A stretch of 64,000 bases of DNA from Octopus sinensis (GCF_006345805.1 NC_043010.1:41602001-41666000); one strand, 5' to 3'; counted from the stretch's first letter, positions 26,262 to 39,189 are shown. Notes: generated by a model from the letters alone, not told the origin. A program made the numbers and translations.

Positions 26262-26988
26262 TTTATTCTTTTACTTGTTTCAGTCATCTGACTGTGGCCA
26301 AGCTGGAGCACTGCCTTAAGAGGTTTTAGTTGAAGAAATCGACCTCAGGACTAACCTTTTTTAAAACCTAGAACTTATTCTATCAGTCTCTTTTGCTGCA
26401 CAGCTAAGTTACGGGGGATGTAAATACACCAATGCTGGTTGTTAAGTGGTGATGGGGAAACAAACACAGAAACAAAGACACACACACACACACATACATA
26501 TATATCTCTATATATATAAATGGCAAAATGTCTGTGTGTGTGTGTGTGTGTGTATCCTTTATACAAATCCACAAATTTTCAGTTAGAGGGCTCGCACTTT
26601 CTATGGTCATTCAAAACTGTCCAAGGGTGGTCATGCACATCTTTACATTTCCCCAGTCACCCCACAAATCCATTAAAAAATCAATAGAAGTGACTTTTTT
26701 GTGAATTTTCTATCCAAAACCCAATCAAAATGCCTGAAACTTGATACGCCAATTGAATGCCAGCTAGCTGTATGTGATTGGTCGGAGATTTGGACAGTAC
26801 TCGCGTGTATGTGCGCACACATGCAGCTGTATATGCATGCACTAGCACTATGACCTGGCTTTGCCGGGTCATAGTGCTAGTTGTATATACACCTGATGGA
26901 CTTCTTTCAGTTTCAGTCTACCAAATCCACTCACAAGGCTTTGGTCGGCCCGAGGCTATAGTAGAAGACACTTGCCCAAGGTGCCACG
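26262..26988 (-). mobile_element. Chimeric CORE-type SINE (interrupted by mini-Helitron) at the duplication junction
   Basis: Left part matches the older copy at 27484-28262; right part matches 25682-25760. Confidence 0.8.
26505..26880 (+). mobile_element. Non-autonomous Helitron-like element (copy 1), inserted in a SINE
   Basis: 5' TC(TA)n start; 3' GC-rich hairpin ending in CTAG|T; splits a CORE-type SINE. Confidence 0.6.
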
Positions 26989-27483
26989 CATTTTTATGTG
27001 AACTGATTTTCTTTTTTATTCACTTCACACATAGATGCACATGTCAATTGAATAGATATGATTGTGAAACAGAGATGTCATAAGTGTGTGTAGGCACTAG
27101 GAATTGTAGGTGCGTTATGTTTTCTCATGACTGTATATGTTCATATGGGTAGCATGTGGAACTTTAATTGAAGTGTGTGTGTGTGTGTGTGTGTTAGTAT
27201 GCATGATGTAGATAAGTGTGTCCATGTGTTAGCAGAGTGTATGTGTACACTGCTTAATGTGCTGGTGCGTACTCTGATGTGTATAAATATATATATATGC
27301 ACGTATATATGTTCTTGACATCATAAAAATTTTATGAACTTTTGAGTGAATGTGACATAATTCTTATTTAGAATAATATATTTCAAAGCACACACATAAA
27401 GCTATAAATAATAGCATGTGAATAATGGGTTGAAAAACCCTTTTGAATAGAAAAAGGTGGACAGCTGCACACATGCTAATATT

Positions 27484-28262
27484 CTTTTATTCTTTTACTT
27501 GTTTCAGTCATCTGACTGTGGCCATGCTGGAGCACTGCCTTAAGAGGTTTTAGTTGAAGAAATCGACCTCAGGACTAACCTTTTTTAAAACCTAGAACTT
27601 ATTCTATCAGTCTCTTTTGCTGCACAGCTAAGTTACGGGGGATGTAAATACACCAATGCTGGTTGTTAAGTGGTGATGGGGAAACAAACACAGAAACAAA
27701 GACACACACACACACACATACATATATATCTCTATATATATAAATGGCAAAATGTCTGTGTGTGTGTGTGTGTGTATCCTTTATACAAATCCACAAATTT
27801 TCAGTTAGAGGGCTCGCACTTTCTATGGTCATTCAAAACTGTCCAAGGGTGGTCATGCACATCTTTACATTTCCCCAGTCACCCCACAAATCCATTAAAA
27901 AATCAATAGAAGTGACTTTTTTGTGAATTTTCTATCCAAAACCCAATCAAAATGCCTGAAACTTGATACGCCAATTGAATGCCAGCTAGCTGTATGTGAT
28001 TGGTCGGAGATTTGGACAGTACTCGCATGTATGTGCGCACACATGCAGCTGTATATGCATGCACTAGCACTATGACCTGGCTTTGCCGGGTCATAGTGCT
28101 AGTTGTATATACACCTGATGGACTTCTTTCAGTTTCAGTCTACTAAATCCACTCACAAGGGTTTGGTTGGCCCAGGGATATAAAAGAATACACTAGCCCA
28201 AAGTGCCATGAAGTGGGATTGAACCTGGAACAAGCTTCTTACCACACAACAATGCCTGTGCC
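27484..28262 (-). mobile_element. Older CORE-type SINE interrupted by mini-Helitron
   Basis: Diverged copy of the family, split at its (TA)n spacer. Confidence 0.8.
27729..28102 (+). mobile_element. Non-autonomous Helitron-like element (copy 2, produced by the tandem duplication)
   Basis: Near-identical to 26505-26880. Confidence 0.6.
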
Positions 28263-28287
28263 TATACATATAAACATATGTACATGC

Positions 28288-28612
28288 ATGATCGTTGCCA
28301 GAGTGGCTATCTGGCCTCTGTGCTGGTGGCACGTAAAAGACACCATTCGAGCATGATCGTTACCAGCATCGCCTTACTGGCACCTATGCCAATGGCATGT
28401 GTAAAGGATTCGAGCGAGGTCGTTGCCAGTACCGCCTGACTGGCCCTGTGCTGGTGGCACGTAAAAGCACCCTCTACACTCTCGGAGTGGTTGGCATTAG
28501 GAAGGGCATCCAGCTGTAGAAATTCTGCCAGATCAAGATTGAAGCCTGGTGCAGCCATCTGGTTTGCCAGCCCTCAGTCATTCGTCCAACCCATGCTAGC
28601 ATGATGATGATG
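28288..28612 (+). mobile_element. (GAT)n-tailed retroposon
   Basis: Same family. Confidence 0.85.
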
Positions 28613-29246
28613 CATATATACACATGCTCACCACACATAATGATGATGACCATTAACATTTTAATGTCTACATTGCCATGATTGCAAGGGTCAGATGGAA
28701 ATCGTTTGAGCAAATTTTCTATGAAGCCTTACCTATTTCCATGCTATTATTAGACATGTTTTCACGGAAAAATTGGAATGAGCAACACTGCTTTGAAGAC
28801 AGTGAATCTCATTTACAAATATCACAGTCAAAACAGTGAGAGAAACACACACACACATATGACAGGCTTTCAGGTATTGTCCACCAAATCCCCTTATAAG
28901 GCTTTCATTAACCTGGGCTTTAGTAGAAAACATTTGTCAAAGGTGCCACATAGTACGACTGAAGCCAAAACGATGTGGTTGAGAAGCAAACTTCTCAATC
29001 ATACAACCTTGGCTGCACCTACCATTATGCCTCCTTCTGTGTGTGTGTGCATATGCATGCGTGCATGCATGTAACTGCATATATGTAATCAGGTACTGTA
29101 ATACTATGTTCCTGTCACTGCTGATGATCTGTTAGATATTTTAATGAAGAAAATTAAAAGAGTAATTATTTTTTTTATACTCTAATAAAGTAGGATCATT
29201 TTCCATTTATCATTATCATTTCCACTAACCAATACTCTATATATTA

Positions 29247-29521
29247 TGTTGTGTCTGGGGAGAGCCATTTTCTTTTTGTGCCTTATTATTTAACACACTC
29301 ACTGGTAAAATTTCCACTTTTTTCCTTATTTTTATTGTCCTAAAATTTTTATTGCGTCTTGCAAACTTTTCAATAGTTTTGACTCTCAAAAATATAGAAA
29401 GGTTTGCAAGACGCAATGAAAATTTTAGGACAATAAAAATAAGAAAACAAGTGGAAATTTTACCGGTGAGTGTGTTAAATAATAAGGCACAAAAAGAAAA
29501 TGACTCTCCCCAGACACAACA
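29247..29521. mobile_element. Foldback MITE-like palindrome (125-bp arms, 25-nt loop)
   Basis: 29247-29371 pairs with 29397-29521 with few mismatches. Confidence 0.85.
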
Positions 29522-29668
29522 GAATATGCTTCATATAAAGAATCTTGCAAACCAAATCCAAACAAGAAATATATGATATTACTTATTTCAAGTATTATGT
29601 CAGATGTATTATTTTCTGAATTAACTAAGACTATTAAAACAAATCACAAACCAAGTGCATTGTTTAAC

Positions 29669-29787
29669 TTACTTCACCTTCATCAAGTACATTGCAGGTG
29701 ATGTGGGAGTAGTTGGTAAACTATCATTTGTTTCATACTTCTCAATCAGTTCTTTCAGATCTTCCAAAAGTTTAAATCCATCAGTTG
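29669..29787 (-). CDS. Coding exon 4 of the same gene (starts phase 1; terminal or spliced onward)
   Basis: Acceptor ttttcccctatctag|CA completes an Ala codon; TDGFKLLEDLKELIEKYETNDSLPTTPTSPAMYLMKVK then TAA at 29671-29669, which overlaps a GTAAGT donor (exon would end at 29673). Confidence 0.72.
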
Positions 29788-30359
29788 CTAGATAGGGGAA
29801 AAGAAATATCATTTTGTTACTATTTTTTTGTTTCAATCTTCTGAGAAGATTTAGAGTGATGTTGAATAAGATTTGATATCTCACTGTAAATATTTTATTC
29901 ATTATTTTATTTTCCTAAATGAAATTATTTTATTCTTAAAATCATTTTCCTAAGAGAAGAAAATGAAGCTTGCATAATAAAAATTAAAGAAAGATCTGTA
30001 CATTAGATATCAGCTAAAGTTAAAGATATAATATAGCAATGATTTGATTAGGCAATTAGTAAATATAGAAAATTCAGAAGCAGAATAAGTTATTTTGCTG
30101 TGAGGAAGAAAAGTGACTGAGATTTTGGGCAGGCCTCACTCAGCAGAGAAGTGACAATGAAAGGCCCTGATATATCTTTCTTCTTTCAATAAAATAACTT
30201 ATTCCACTTTGTGAACTAAAAATAATACAAATAATGGGTATTTATCAGAATAAAACTAATGTAGCTAAACAAGAATTCCCTCAATAAATGAGAAATATTT
30301 AAGAATATTAAGAATATATTTAACAAAATATAAGAATGTAAAAGCGTCTTTCTTTTTAC

Positions 30360-30576
30360 CATGTCGTAACTGTAGGATCTCTAATTTTAAAGATGTATTC
30401 TCTTGGCGTAACTTCTTGAGTTCTGCTTGGCAGCTGCCATCACAAGTCAATTGATAGCTGCTATTATTGGTATTCTGAACTTCAGTTTTGCAGTTTGGTA
30501 TGTTATCACCATTGCCAACACTATTAACAACACTATCAACGTCATGATTCAATATACCTTGAGTTACAGGTTTACA
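30360..30576 (-). CDS. Coding exon 3 of the same gene (phase 0 to 1), coiled-coil segment
   Basis: Acceptor ctcatttcag|TGT; 72 open codons plus 1 nt (CKPVTQGILNHDV...CQAELKKLRQENTSLKLEILQLRH); donor CATG|GTAAAA; Leu-rich heptad pattern at the end. Confidence 0.8.
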
Positions 30577-32044
30577 CTGAAATGAGTTTTCATAGCAAGA
30601 AAAAATATATATTGTAAAAATAAATAATAGAATATTGTCCCAGTTTTAGAAATTCAAGATTGATTACCATATGCTTTTTTTCAGCATTAGTGCACATCGG
30701 TTATTTTGAACACAATGCATTTGCTCATTCTTATCTTGGAAACTGAAAGGGATTATGATCTTTTGAGCACTCAAGTGAATAAGCTATACCTTCTTAAAAA
30801 CAAGATATGTAAAATACTAAAATTACCCTATTATTTTAAACAGGAACATCATCTTTTAACTTAAAAATGCAAATATGACAGAGAATGGAAGTTTTTTTCT
30901 TTCTATAAAATTGCAAATAGCAACTGTTTTCTAACTTGTATATAAATAGATTCTTTATAAAAATGATTTATTTACTAGATATATACTGTGGTTTTTATGG
31001 CATGGTAAACTGAAGGAATGAATCCTTGCATGATGTACATTAGTTGCGATGAAATCCTCCTAACCAAAGTAGTCTAGATGAGTCAGTTACATAGTAGGCA
31101 AAAAGAGAAAAATATTGAGAATACTTAAGTAAATTTTGTATTGGAAAATACCAGATCTTTGAGAGGCAGGACCTTATCCTGTTCCATGAAAAACCTGAAA
31201 GAGCACCTAATGCACATTCAGATCAACATGAAGCTTTAGATTCACATCTACAAGTCATGACTTTCGGGAGGGGGGGACATTTCTATTTCAAAAGATTTGC
31301 AAACACCCAATTGAAAGTGTTCAAGGAAAACAGAATAAGTAGTATTGAAGACAAACTAATGGAGAAGAATTTACAGGATTATGTGATAGTTGATAATGAA
31401 ATCCTTCAAGTCAATCTACTCATGGGATTAAGCTCTTGTTGTATCTTGTAAACAAGGTTTCTGCTGCACACTCTTACAAACAGTGGCATTTTGTAAAGGA
31501 AAATTATTATGAGAATTGGTACATCAATGGATCATGTTATCTTTCGATTGGACGCCTGCTTCGAATGCTTAGAATAGAGTGAATTTAGCTAAAATTACCC
31601 AAGAGCAAGGTAGTGGTATTAAATGGGGTGATTCTTGAAAAAAAAGCTATGGTGGTTTATTGTAACAACAGCACTAAAGAAATTATATCATTGAACAAAG
31701 ATCACAATCAGTACTGTTGACTAGAATTCAGGAGTAACTTGGACTTTTAGACGGGTTTTTTTTTCAATGTTGGGGTAGAAGTTATACCCCTCACAAGATG
31801 ATTGTAAGTTTAGTAAGAGAAACTTCAATGTTAGTTATTTAAAAATTTATTGACTAAGTGATGATAAACTAAAGGTGATTGTGGTGGTATAGTTGCTGAA
31901 AGAAGAGTTGGTGTCAGTGTTGTGATGAGAGGTCAGCATACTGATTTGTATACTGAATCCATCTAATTAGGAGGGAAGATGAGATGTAAAAATTGACTAT
32001 ATTAAGTTTGGTAAAATAATGAAGGCATTTCCTGATCTGAAATA

Positions 32045-32280
32045 GTGCCATGTAAAAAGCATTGGTGCTGGTGCCACATAAAAAGCACTGGTGATGGTGC
32101 CATGTAAAAAGCATCCAGTACACTCTATAAAGTGGTTGGCATCAGGAAGAGCATCCAGCTGTAGAAACCAAGCCAAATCAGACTATGAAACCTGGTGTGA
32201 TCCCTGGCCTGCCAGCTCCTGTCAAGCCATACAACCCATGCCAGCATGGAAAATGGATGTTAAATGATGATGATGATTAA
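32045..32280 (+). mobile_element. (GAT)n-tailed retroposon, diverged
   Basis: Same family; directly followed by an RTE ORF2 C-terminal fragment. Confidence 0.75.
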
Positions 32281-32284
32281 CATA

Positions 32285-32600
32285 TTAAATGAATGGACAG
32301 CAAGGCTCACCAATGGAGAAGTTCTTAAGCAGATCAGGCCGAAAATATTGCTAGAAGCTAGGATCACCAAGCATAGATTGGCATATTTCGGTCATATTAT
32401 GCGGAAAAAATCCCTGGAGAAGGACATCATGGTCAGTGGCAAGAGAGGAAGAGACCGACCAAGAACCCGCTGGCTCGACACCATCAAGAGGGATACCGGA
32501 ATGGACATAGCCAATCTGAAAGAAGCGGCCCAGGATAGAACTGACTGGAGGACACTGATCCGAGTGACCAAGAGTCGACTTCGACTGAGCAGATAAAGAG
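32285..32600 (+). mobile_element. RTE (BovB-like) LINE ORF2 C-terminus
   Basis: WTARLTNGEVLKQI..RLAYFGHIMRK..GKRGRDRPRTRWLDTIK..AAQDRTDWR. Confidence 0.85.
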
Positions 32601-32761
32601 AGAGTGAATTATATTCAAAATATTAGCTGTTATCATACCATGGACTTTTAGCTATAGAATAAAATATATTTACTGATATTCCAGACATAAATATGTCAGG
32701 TTCCTGCTCTCGTGGTTTATATTTACTTAAAATAAAAAGCAAAAAGTTCTGGTTAACTTAC

Positions 32762-33048
32762 ATCAGGTTTCAAGTATACAGATTCTGGGATAGCATCTGC
32801 TTGTGAAGTTATCAAGTCATTTCCAGAACTGTTAACAGAATGAGTAGCATCGAGACTAAAAAAATCCAGATTTCTGTTACCCACTTCATCTTTATGGTTG
32901 ATTGGGTTCTTCCAGGCGACTACTGGTCCATTGTGACTGCCTTGTACTTTTACCCTCCACGTACCAATGGATGCAGAATACATGGACAGTTTCACTTGAA
33001 AAAAACATGAATGTCCACCAGTTACTCTTTCTGATTTTCTGGTACAGC
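32762..33048 (-). CDS. Coding exon 2 of the same gene (phase 1 to 0)
   Basis: Acceptor ccatttag|GC completes the Gly codon from exon 1; 95 open codons (CTRKSERVTGGHSCFFQVKLSMYSASIGTWRVKVQGSHNGPVVAWKNP...YLKPD); donor CCTGAT|GTAAGT. Confidence 0.85.
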
Positions 33049-34199
33049 CTAAATGGATAGATAGAGAGAAAGTGTGACAAACATATAGCTGGGTAGATAG
33101 ACAGACATTCAGACAAATAGACAGGTGAGGGTTTTTGACAGGAAGAGCATTGGGCCAAAGAAAATTTGCATCAATAACTTTTGTCTGATCTATGCCAGAA
33201 TGGAAAAGTGATGTTAAGACAAGAATGGTGATGATATATAACTTTATTTACTTTATTGGTCACTCACCTTATAAGGTATATAAGTTCTAAATTTCTGCTA
33301 TCTTTCACTATCTCATCATAATTATAAACTATTTCAATTAGATCCATTATTTCTGTTACTATGATGTATCCTGAGTGTTCCATTTATTTTATATTGTTAA
33401 TACATTATTTATGTGTTACAGAATACATATAAAAGCCTAAGTTACTCTCCCAGTAATTTACAAACCATGCAACGCCTATCCTTTTAGTGGTATTTCATTT
33501 ACTCAATCTTCTACTTTCTTCCTCCTCAAACTTGAAGGCATCATCTTATTTAAGATAATTGCAGGAAAAAGGACAGCTCTTATACCTCCAATCTGAAACT
33601 CAAGCTGCAACTGCTAGAAAGACAGTAAAATATTGTCACAGTATCATTCAAAAGGAGAAAACGACAAACACACGCTGGAACAGCCCTCCATAATGTATAG
33701 TGTGGTATCCAATGTATACTTAGGGCAAGGCAGTTCTGCACAGAGTAGGTCCAATGTAAGACTAGGTTATAGCAATTCAACACTCAGTAATTACCCACCA
33801 CAGTGATGACTTTGTTCTCTTCCCTACCTATTTGGAAATGACAATGTGGTTAACAATACAGGACGTCCTACCAAAGCTGGGTCTCTAGTGGATCCTAACT
33901 TGCATAGTGTTGGAAGGAAACGATACCCTGTTGGACAGAAAGAGAACAAGAAGGAAAAAACTAGTTTGAGACTAGATTAGAGGTCCTTTTCCAAAAAATC
34001 CTGAACATCTGGAAAAGATTCCATGTCTCATCCCTCTGCTAAATGAAACAGAGCTGCAAGTAACTGTGGAAGGCTGAGATGCCACTGTGTGGAAGAATCA
34101 ACCATCTGATAGCCTATTTACCAAACAATGAAAACAGAAAAGGTGGAGTGGGGGTGGTGGAAATGGCTATCCTGCTGCTGACACCATAACAACAACAAC

Positions 34200-35935
34200 A
34201 TGAGTCATACGCAGAACGTGATTACTACTTTTTAGCACCCAAAAAACACCTTTTCTAGATAGCACCAACACAAGATCTATGTCCATACACTGTGAGCTAG
34301 GGAGGCTATGGCCCCCTTTCTAGTTGTAGTGATACCTGTAGACCACTGGTTTCTGGGTAATTTTCCTTCTTTGGTACAGGACAACTGCCAGATTGTCCTG
34401 AATTGGACTGCTACATTGTGATGGCAAATAGAATTTACTGTATGGTACTGTTACTACATATTTCTTGCTCAGAGATTTAAAACTAGTTGTCTTACTCTTT
34501 ACAAGATCAGCGACTGTGTGTCACTGAGCAAGAACGAGTGACTGCTATCACTAGCTGGCAGTTGTCCTGTACCAAGGAAGGGAAATTACCCAGAAACCAT
34601 TGGTCTATAGGTATTGCTACAGCAAGAAAGTGAGCAGTAAACACACCCATGTGCACTGTATATGGACATAGATCATGTATCAGTAGCCAGTGGAAGAGAT
34701 GTTTTCTTGGGGCTAAAATGTTGTAACATCGTCCTGTATAGGACTGCGACATTGCATTGGCAAATTGACTTTACTGTACGGTACTGTTACATATTTCTCG
34801 TTCAGAGATTTAAACTAGCTACTTTTCTCTTTACAAGATCAGCAACTGTGTGTCACTTTAAAAGTATATGCTGTGAGGAAGAGCATGTGACTGCTCTCTC
34901 TAGCTGGCATTTCTCCTGTATTGAGGGAGGCAAATTATTCGGAAACAATTTGTCTACACATATTGCTTTGGCTACGAAGGGAGTGGTAGACACCCTTGCT
35001 CACAATATATGGATAAAGATCATGTGTTGGTAATCAGCTGTAGTAACATCATCCTGTGCAGGAGTACCATGTTGCTTTGGCAAATACTTTATTGTATAGT
35101 ACTATTACTACAAATTTCTCACTCACAAGCTCAGTGAGACTGTGTCATATTATTAAAAGTATATACTGTGAGCAAGAGTGACTGACCGTTATCTCTATAC
35201 CGAGGAAGGGAAATTACCCAGAAACCATTCAGTTATAGGTCTTGCTACGGCTAGAAAGGAAGTGGCAGAATCCCTTGCTCACAGTATATGGATCATGTGT
35301 TGGTAGCCAGAGGAAAAACATGTTTTCCTGAGGCAAAAAAAGTAGTAACACTGTCCTGTGCAAGTCTGCCATGTTGCATTGGCAAATAAACTTTACTGTG
35401 TGGTACTGTTACTGCATATTTCTCGCTCAGAGGTTTAAAACTAGTTGTTTTTCTCTTTATGAGATCAGCATGTATCACATTAAAAGTATATACTGTGACA
35501 AGAGTGAGTGACTGCTATTTCTAGCTGGTGGTTGTGCTGTACTGAGGAAGGGAAATTACCCAGAAACCATTGGTCTACATGTATCACTACAGGTAGAAAG
35601 GGAGCAGTAGACTCCTTTGCTCACAGTGTACAGACACAGATTATGTGTTGGTAGCCAGAGGGAAAAGATGTTTTGCTGGGGCGAAAAAGTAGGAACATCG
35701 CCCTGCGCAGGAGTGCCATGTTGGATTGGCAAATAGACTTTATTGTACAGTACTGTTACTACATATTTCTTGCTCAGAGATTTAATACTAGTTGTTTTTC
35801 CCTTTACGAGATTAGTGACTGTGTGTCTCTTTAAACATTTAATGTGATGTGACCAAGAGCGAGTGACTGTTATCCTTAGCCAGCAGTTATACTGAGCTGA
35901 GGAAGGGAAATTTCCCTGAAACCATTGGTCAGCAG
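34200..35935. repeat. Degenerate ~340-bp tandem array (about 4.5 units) with an inverted first arm
   Basis: Marker gaagggaaattacccagaaacc at about 34577, 34923 (diverged), 35205, 35545 and 35900; 34200-34390 is the reverse complement of the unit; another inverted piece at 38352-38410. Confidence 0.8.
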
Positions 35936-37920
35936 CAGTGGTTCTCAACCGTTTTTTCTAACAGCACGCTTTGGAACACATGAAAAAATAGCGGCACACC
36001 TAACTAAATATATATAAAAAATATTTGAATTTTGCAAAATAAGAACATCGCAAGTCATAGACGGCATACAACCGTAGACACAGACTAATCATAGACACAT
36101 AGAATGACTCAAACTTAATAAAGAAAAGCACAGCTATGAACTTACTTTATTGCAGTGTTTCAAATTTCATGAGTCAAATAAATAACTGGCTTCTTTAGTG
36201 AGAAATTTGTGTCTGGCTTTTATTCTTAATTTTCTCAATGCTTGGTTGAATATGAGATAGACATACCCTCATTTCTTCTTCTGTTGTACATAATCTCTCA
36301 CACTTCTTGTTTTTGAAGTTGTTTAATGTTGAGAAGCCTAATTCACATATATAAGAAGTTGAAAAGTGTAATAAAATTACAAAAGCTCTTTTACAGAATA
36401 TGTGATACTCCTCTTGAATTGAAATCCAAAATGAATCAATGGGCAGACTCAAATGTTTTAATTTTAACCCTCGGTCACTAGAAGGTGGCCAATTCTTCTT
36501 CTTCTTCCTGTAAATCAAGTTCTATGTTGGAAGAATGGTTTATGAAAAGATCTCTAATCCCATACTTTTCTGTCTTTAATTTTAGAAAGTAATTGTTGAT
36601 GCTTTTGTCCAGGGCAGCCAGATGATTAAACACAATAGGGATCATTTCTCTAATGTAGGTAGAATGCAATAAAGGGACTATATCAAGATTACCAGTTATT
36701 GCTTTTTTTTTTTCTAAATCGCAATTTTCTTTTTGAGGGCAAGTTGAAGTCAGAACATTTCATTTTTACCTTGCATTCTACTGTTTGTTTTATTTAGTTC
36801 ACTGAATATTTCTGTTAGGTATTCCATTTTAGACATCTAAAATTCAGAACTAAGGTATTCACAGAATTTCTCCTGCTTTTCCTTGAGAGAAAATGATAGT
36901 AATTCCATGTGCAGTTCGTGAACACGATTTAGTATTTTGCCTTTCAACAGATAGTGAACCTTTGTGTGCATTAATAACTTAACATACTGACAGTCCATCT
37001 CTTTGCACAGTTGTTCTAATAACCATGACTTCAACAGCCTACTTTTTATAAAATTGACCATTCCAACAACTTGATGTGACACAACCTTTAAATCTTCCTG
37101 CGGTATTTTTGAAACAAGAACTTCTCTATGTAGAAAGCGATGAGTACGAATGAGATTTGGATTTTCTTTCTCTATGAAGGATACAAATCCTGTAATACAG
37201 CCTGTTATGCATGGGAGCTCCATTGGTGCAAATGCCAACACAGGACCTCCGAGACAAATTCATTTCTTTGAGGTAGCCTGTTATCAAATCAAAAATATCT
37301 TGACATCTTGTAGTTGTGGACATTCCTTTACAGCACAAAAATTGATTACTCTTTTACTCTTTACTCTTTTACTTGTTTCAGTCATTTGACTGCGGCCATG
37401 CTGGAGCACCGCCTTTAGTCGAGCAAATCGACCCCGGGACTTATTCTTTGTAAGCCCAGTACTTATTCTATCGGTCTCTTTTGCCGAACTGCTAAGTTAC
37501 GGGGACGTAAACACACCAGCATCGGTTGTCAAACACAGACACGCAAACACACACATACATATATATATACATATATACGACAGGCTTCTTTCAGTTTCCG
37601 TCTCCCAAATCCACTCACAAGGCATTGGTCGGCCCGGGGCTATAGCAGAAGACACTTGCCCAAGATGCCACACAGTGGGACTGAACCCGGAACCATGTGG
37701 TTGGTTAGCAAGCTACTTACCACACAGCCACTGTCAATAAAACGTACAAATGCAAGCAATTGACTATTATTACTGATGTCAATGGATTCATCCAAGGTTA
37801 AAGCAAAATTAGAATTCGTAAGCTTTTTCTGAATATTGTCTTCAATATTTTTCAATATATCTAGAATTCTTCTATGTATTGCATCATCTGAAGGCAGGAT
37901 ATTGTTCAATTCTTAACTAT
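35936..37920 (-). mobile_element. hAT (Buster/Charlie, ZBED5/SCAND3-like) transposon remnant, 5'-truncated and SINE-interrupted
   Basis: TIR CAGTGGTTCTCAACC at 35936; fragments FALTLDESIDISNNSQLLAFVRFID, IRTHRFLHREVL, and dimerisation domain FSTSYICELGFS..MRVCLSHIQPSIEK; many stops and frameshifts. Confidence 0.88.
37349..37732 (-). mobile_element. CORE-type SINE inserted in the hAT transposase
   Basis: The transposase frame FVRFID resumes on the far side of the SINE. Confidence 0.9.
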
Positions 37921-37941
37921 GTTAGATTATACACTCTTCAC

Positions 37942-38325
37942 TCAGGAAACACTTTGCATTTTTAAGCATCTACCTATCTCGTTGCCTGGAGAGGAGGTAC
38001 TCAACCTGGCTGGTAAGTGATTAGGTGGCTGGCTCATTTTTCTGAAGTTAGTGTTGCAGATCATGAGATCACTTGCATCACAGAACTCCAGCAGCCATGT
38101 TCCCTCCTTATTTCTAGGTCCAAAACCATAACACCCATGCCCTCCCTGGAATCCATAGGAATGCTGTCCAACATGTCCATTGAAGTCACCAGCCATAATA
38201 ACAAAGTCTCTGTCATTTGTCGTTGAGGTGGTCTGCAAAGGGACCTCATAGAATTGATCCTTCTGCTCATCAGTCAGCCCAGGCTGAGGAGCATAGATAA
38301 ATGTAACTGTTAATTTACTCATAAT
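37942..38325 (-). mobile_element. RTE LINE endonuclease fragment
   Basis: YAPQPG..KDQFYE..MAGDFNGHVG..GFGPRNKEG..LLEFC..LMICNTNF. Confidence 0.85.
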
Positions 38326-38420
38326 AATATATATATATATATATAAATAAAGAGAAAAGCAACTAGTTTTAAATCTCTGAGCGAGAAATACGTAGTAACA
38401 GTACCATACAGCTTATTTGC

Positions 38421-38452
<32 letters not shown>

Positions 38453-38644
38453 AAAGGGATTCTTTTAGTCTCTACCTACTGAATCCACTCTCAAGGGTTT
38501 GGTTTGGTTTGGTTGGTCCAGGGTGATAGTAGAAGACATTTGCTCAATATATCACACAGTAGAATTGACCAGTGGTTGGGAAGCAAAGTTACAGCCACAC
38601 AGCTATATATATATAGAAATTCAACATCAATGGAAATTGCAGTT

Positions 38645-38975
38645 GTGATACCAGTGCCGGTGGCACGTAAGACAACCATCCGAACGTGGCCGTTGCCAGC
38701 GCCGCCCCGACTGGCCTCATGCTGGTGGCACGTAAAAAGCACCATCCGATCGTGGCTGTTTGCCAGCCTCGTCTGGCACCTGTGCCGGTGGCACGTAAAA
38801 AGCACCCACTACACTCACGGAGTGGTTGGTGTTAGGAAGGGCATCCGGCTGTAGAAACATTGCCATATCATCAGACTGGGCCTGGTGCAGCCTTCTGGCT
38901 TCCCAGACCCCAGTTGAACCGTCCAACCCATGCTAGCATGGAAAGCAGACGCTAAACGATGATGATGATGATGAT
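38645..38975 (+). mobile_element. (GAT)n-tailed retroposon
   Basis: Same family, second subtype. Confidence 0.85.
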
Positions 38976-38984
38976 ATATATATA

Positions 38985-39189
38985 CAGTAATCCTTCACCA
39001 CGTCGCAGTTCACTATTTAAGCTTGTGTTAATATTTTCATGGTGTTGTTTTGCATTTATAATAAAATAAATATATACAAATTATAAAAAAAAAGAAAATA
39101 TACAGTACAATATTGTCTCTACTTCTTGAATTTTCACTTACTGCAAGGAGGTTTGGAACATAACATCCACGATAGCTGAGGGATTACTA
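38985..39189. mobile_element. Tc1/mariner-type MITE, diverged
   Basis: TA|CAGTAATCC...GGATTACT ends. Confidence 0.5.

Larger units (their letters stand above)
25682..28143 (+). repeat. Near-identical tandem duplication, period about 1.22-1.23 kb
   Basis: gcatttttatgtgaactg at 25759 and 26988; cacctgatggacttctttcag at about 26890 and 28112; copies differ by microsatellite length and a few SNPs. Confidence 0.92.

Noticed and set aside
29100-29165. Protein-like YVPVTADDLLDILMKKIKR on the plus strand ending at GTAATT
   Set aside because: Preceded by an in-frame stop with no AG acceptor between.
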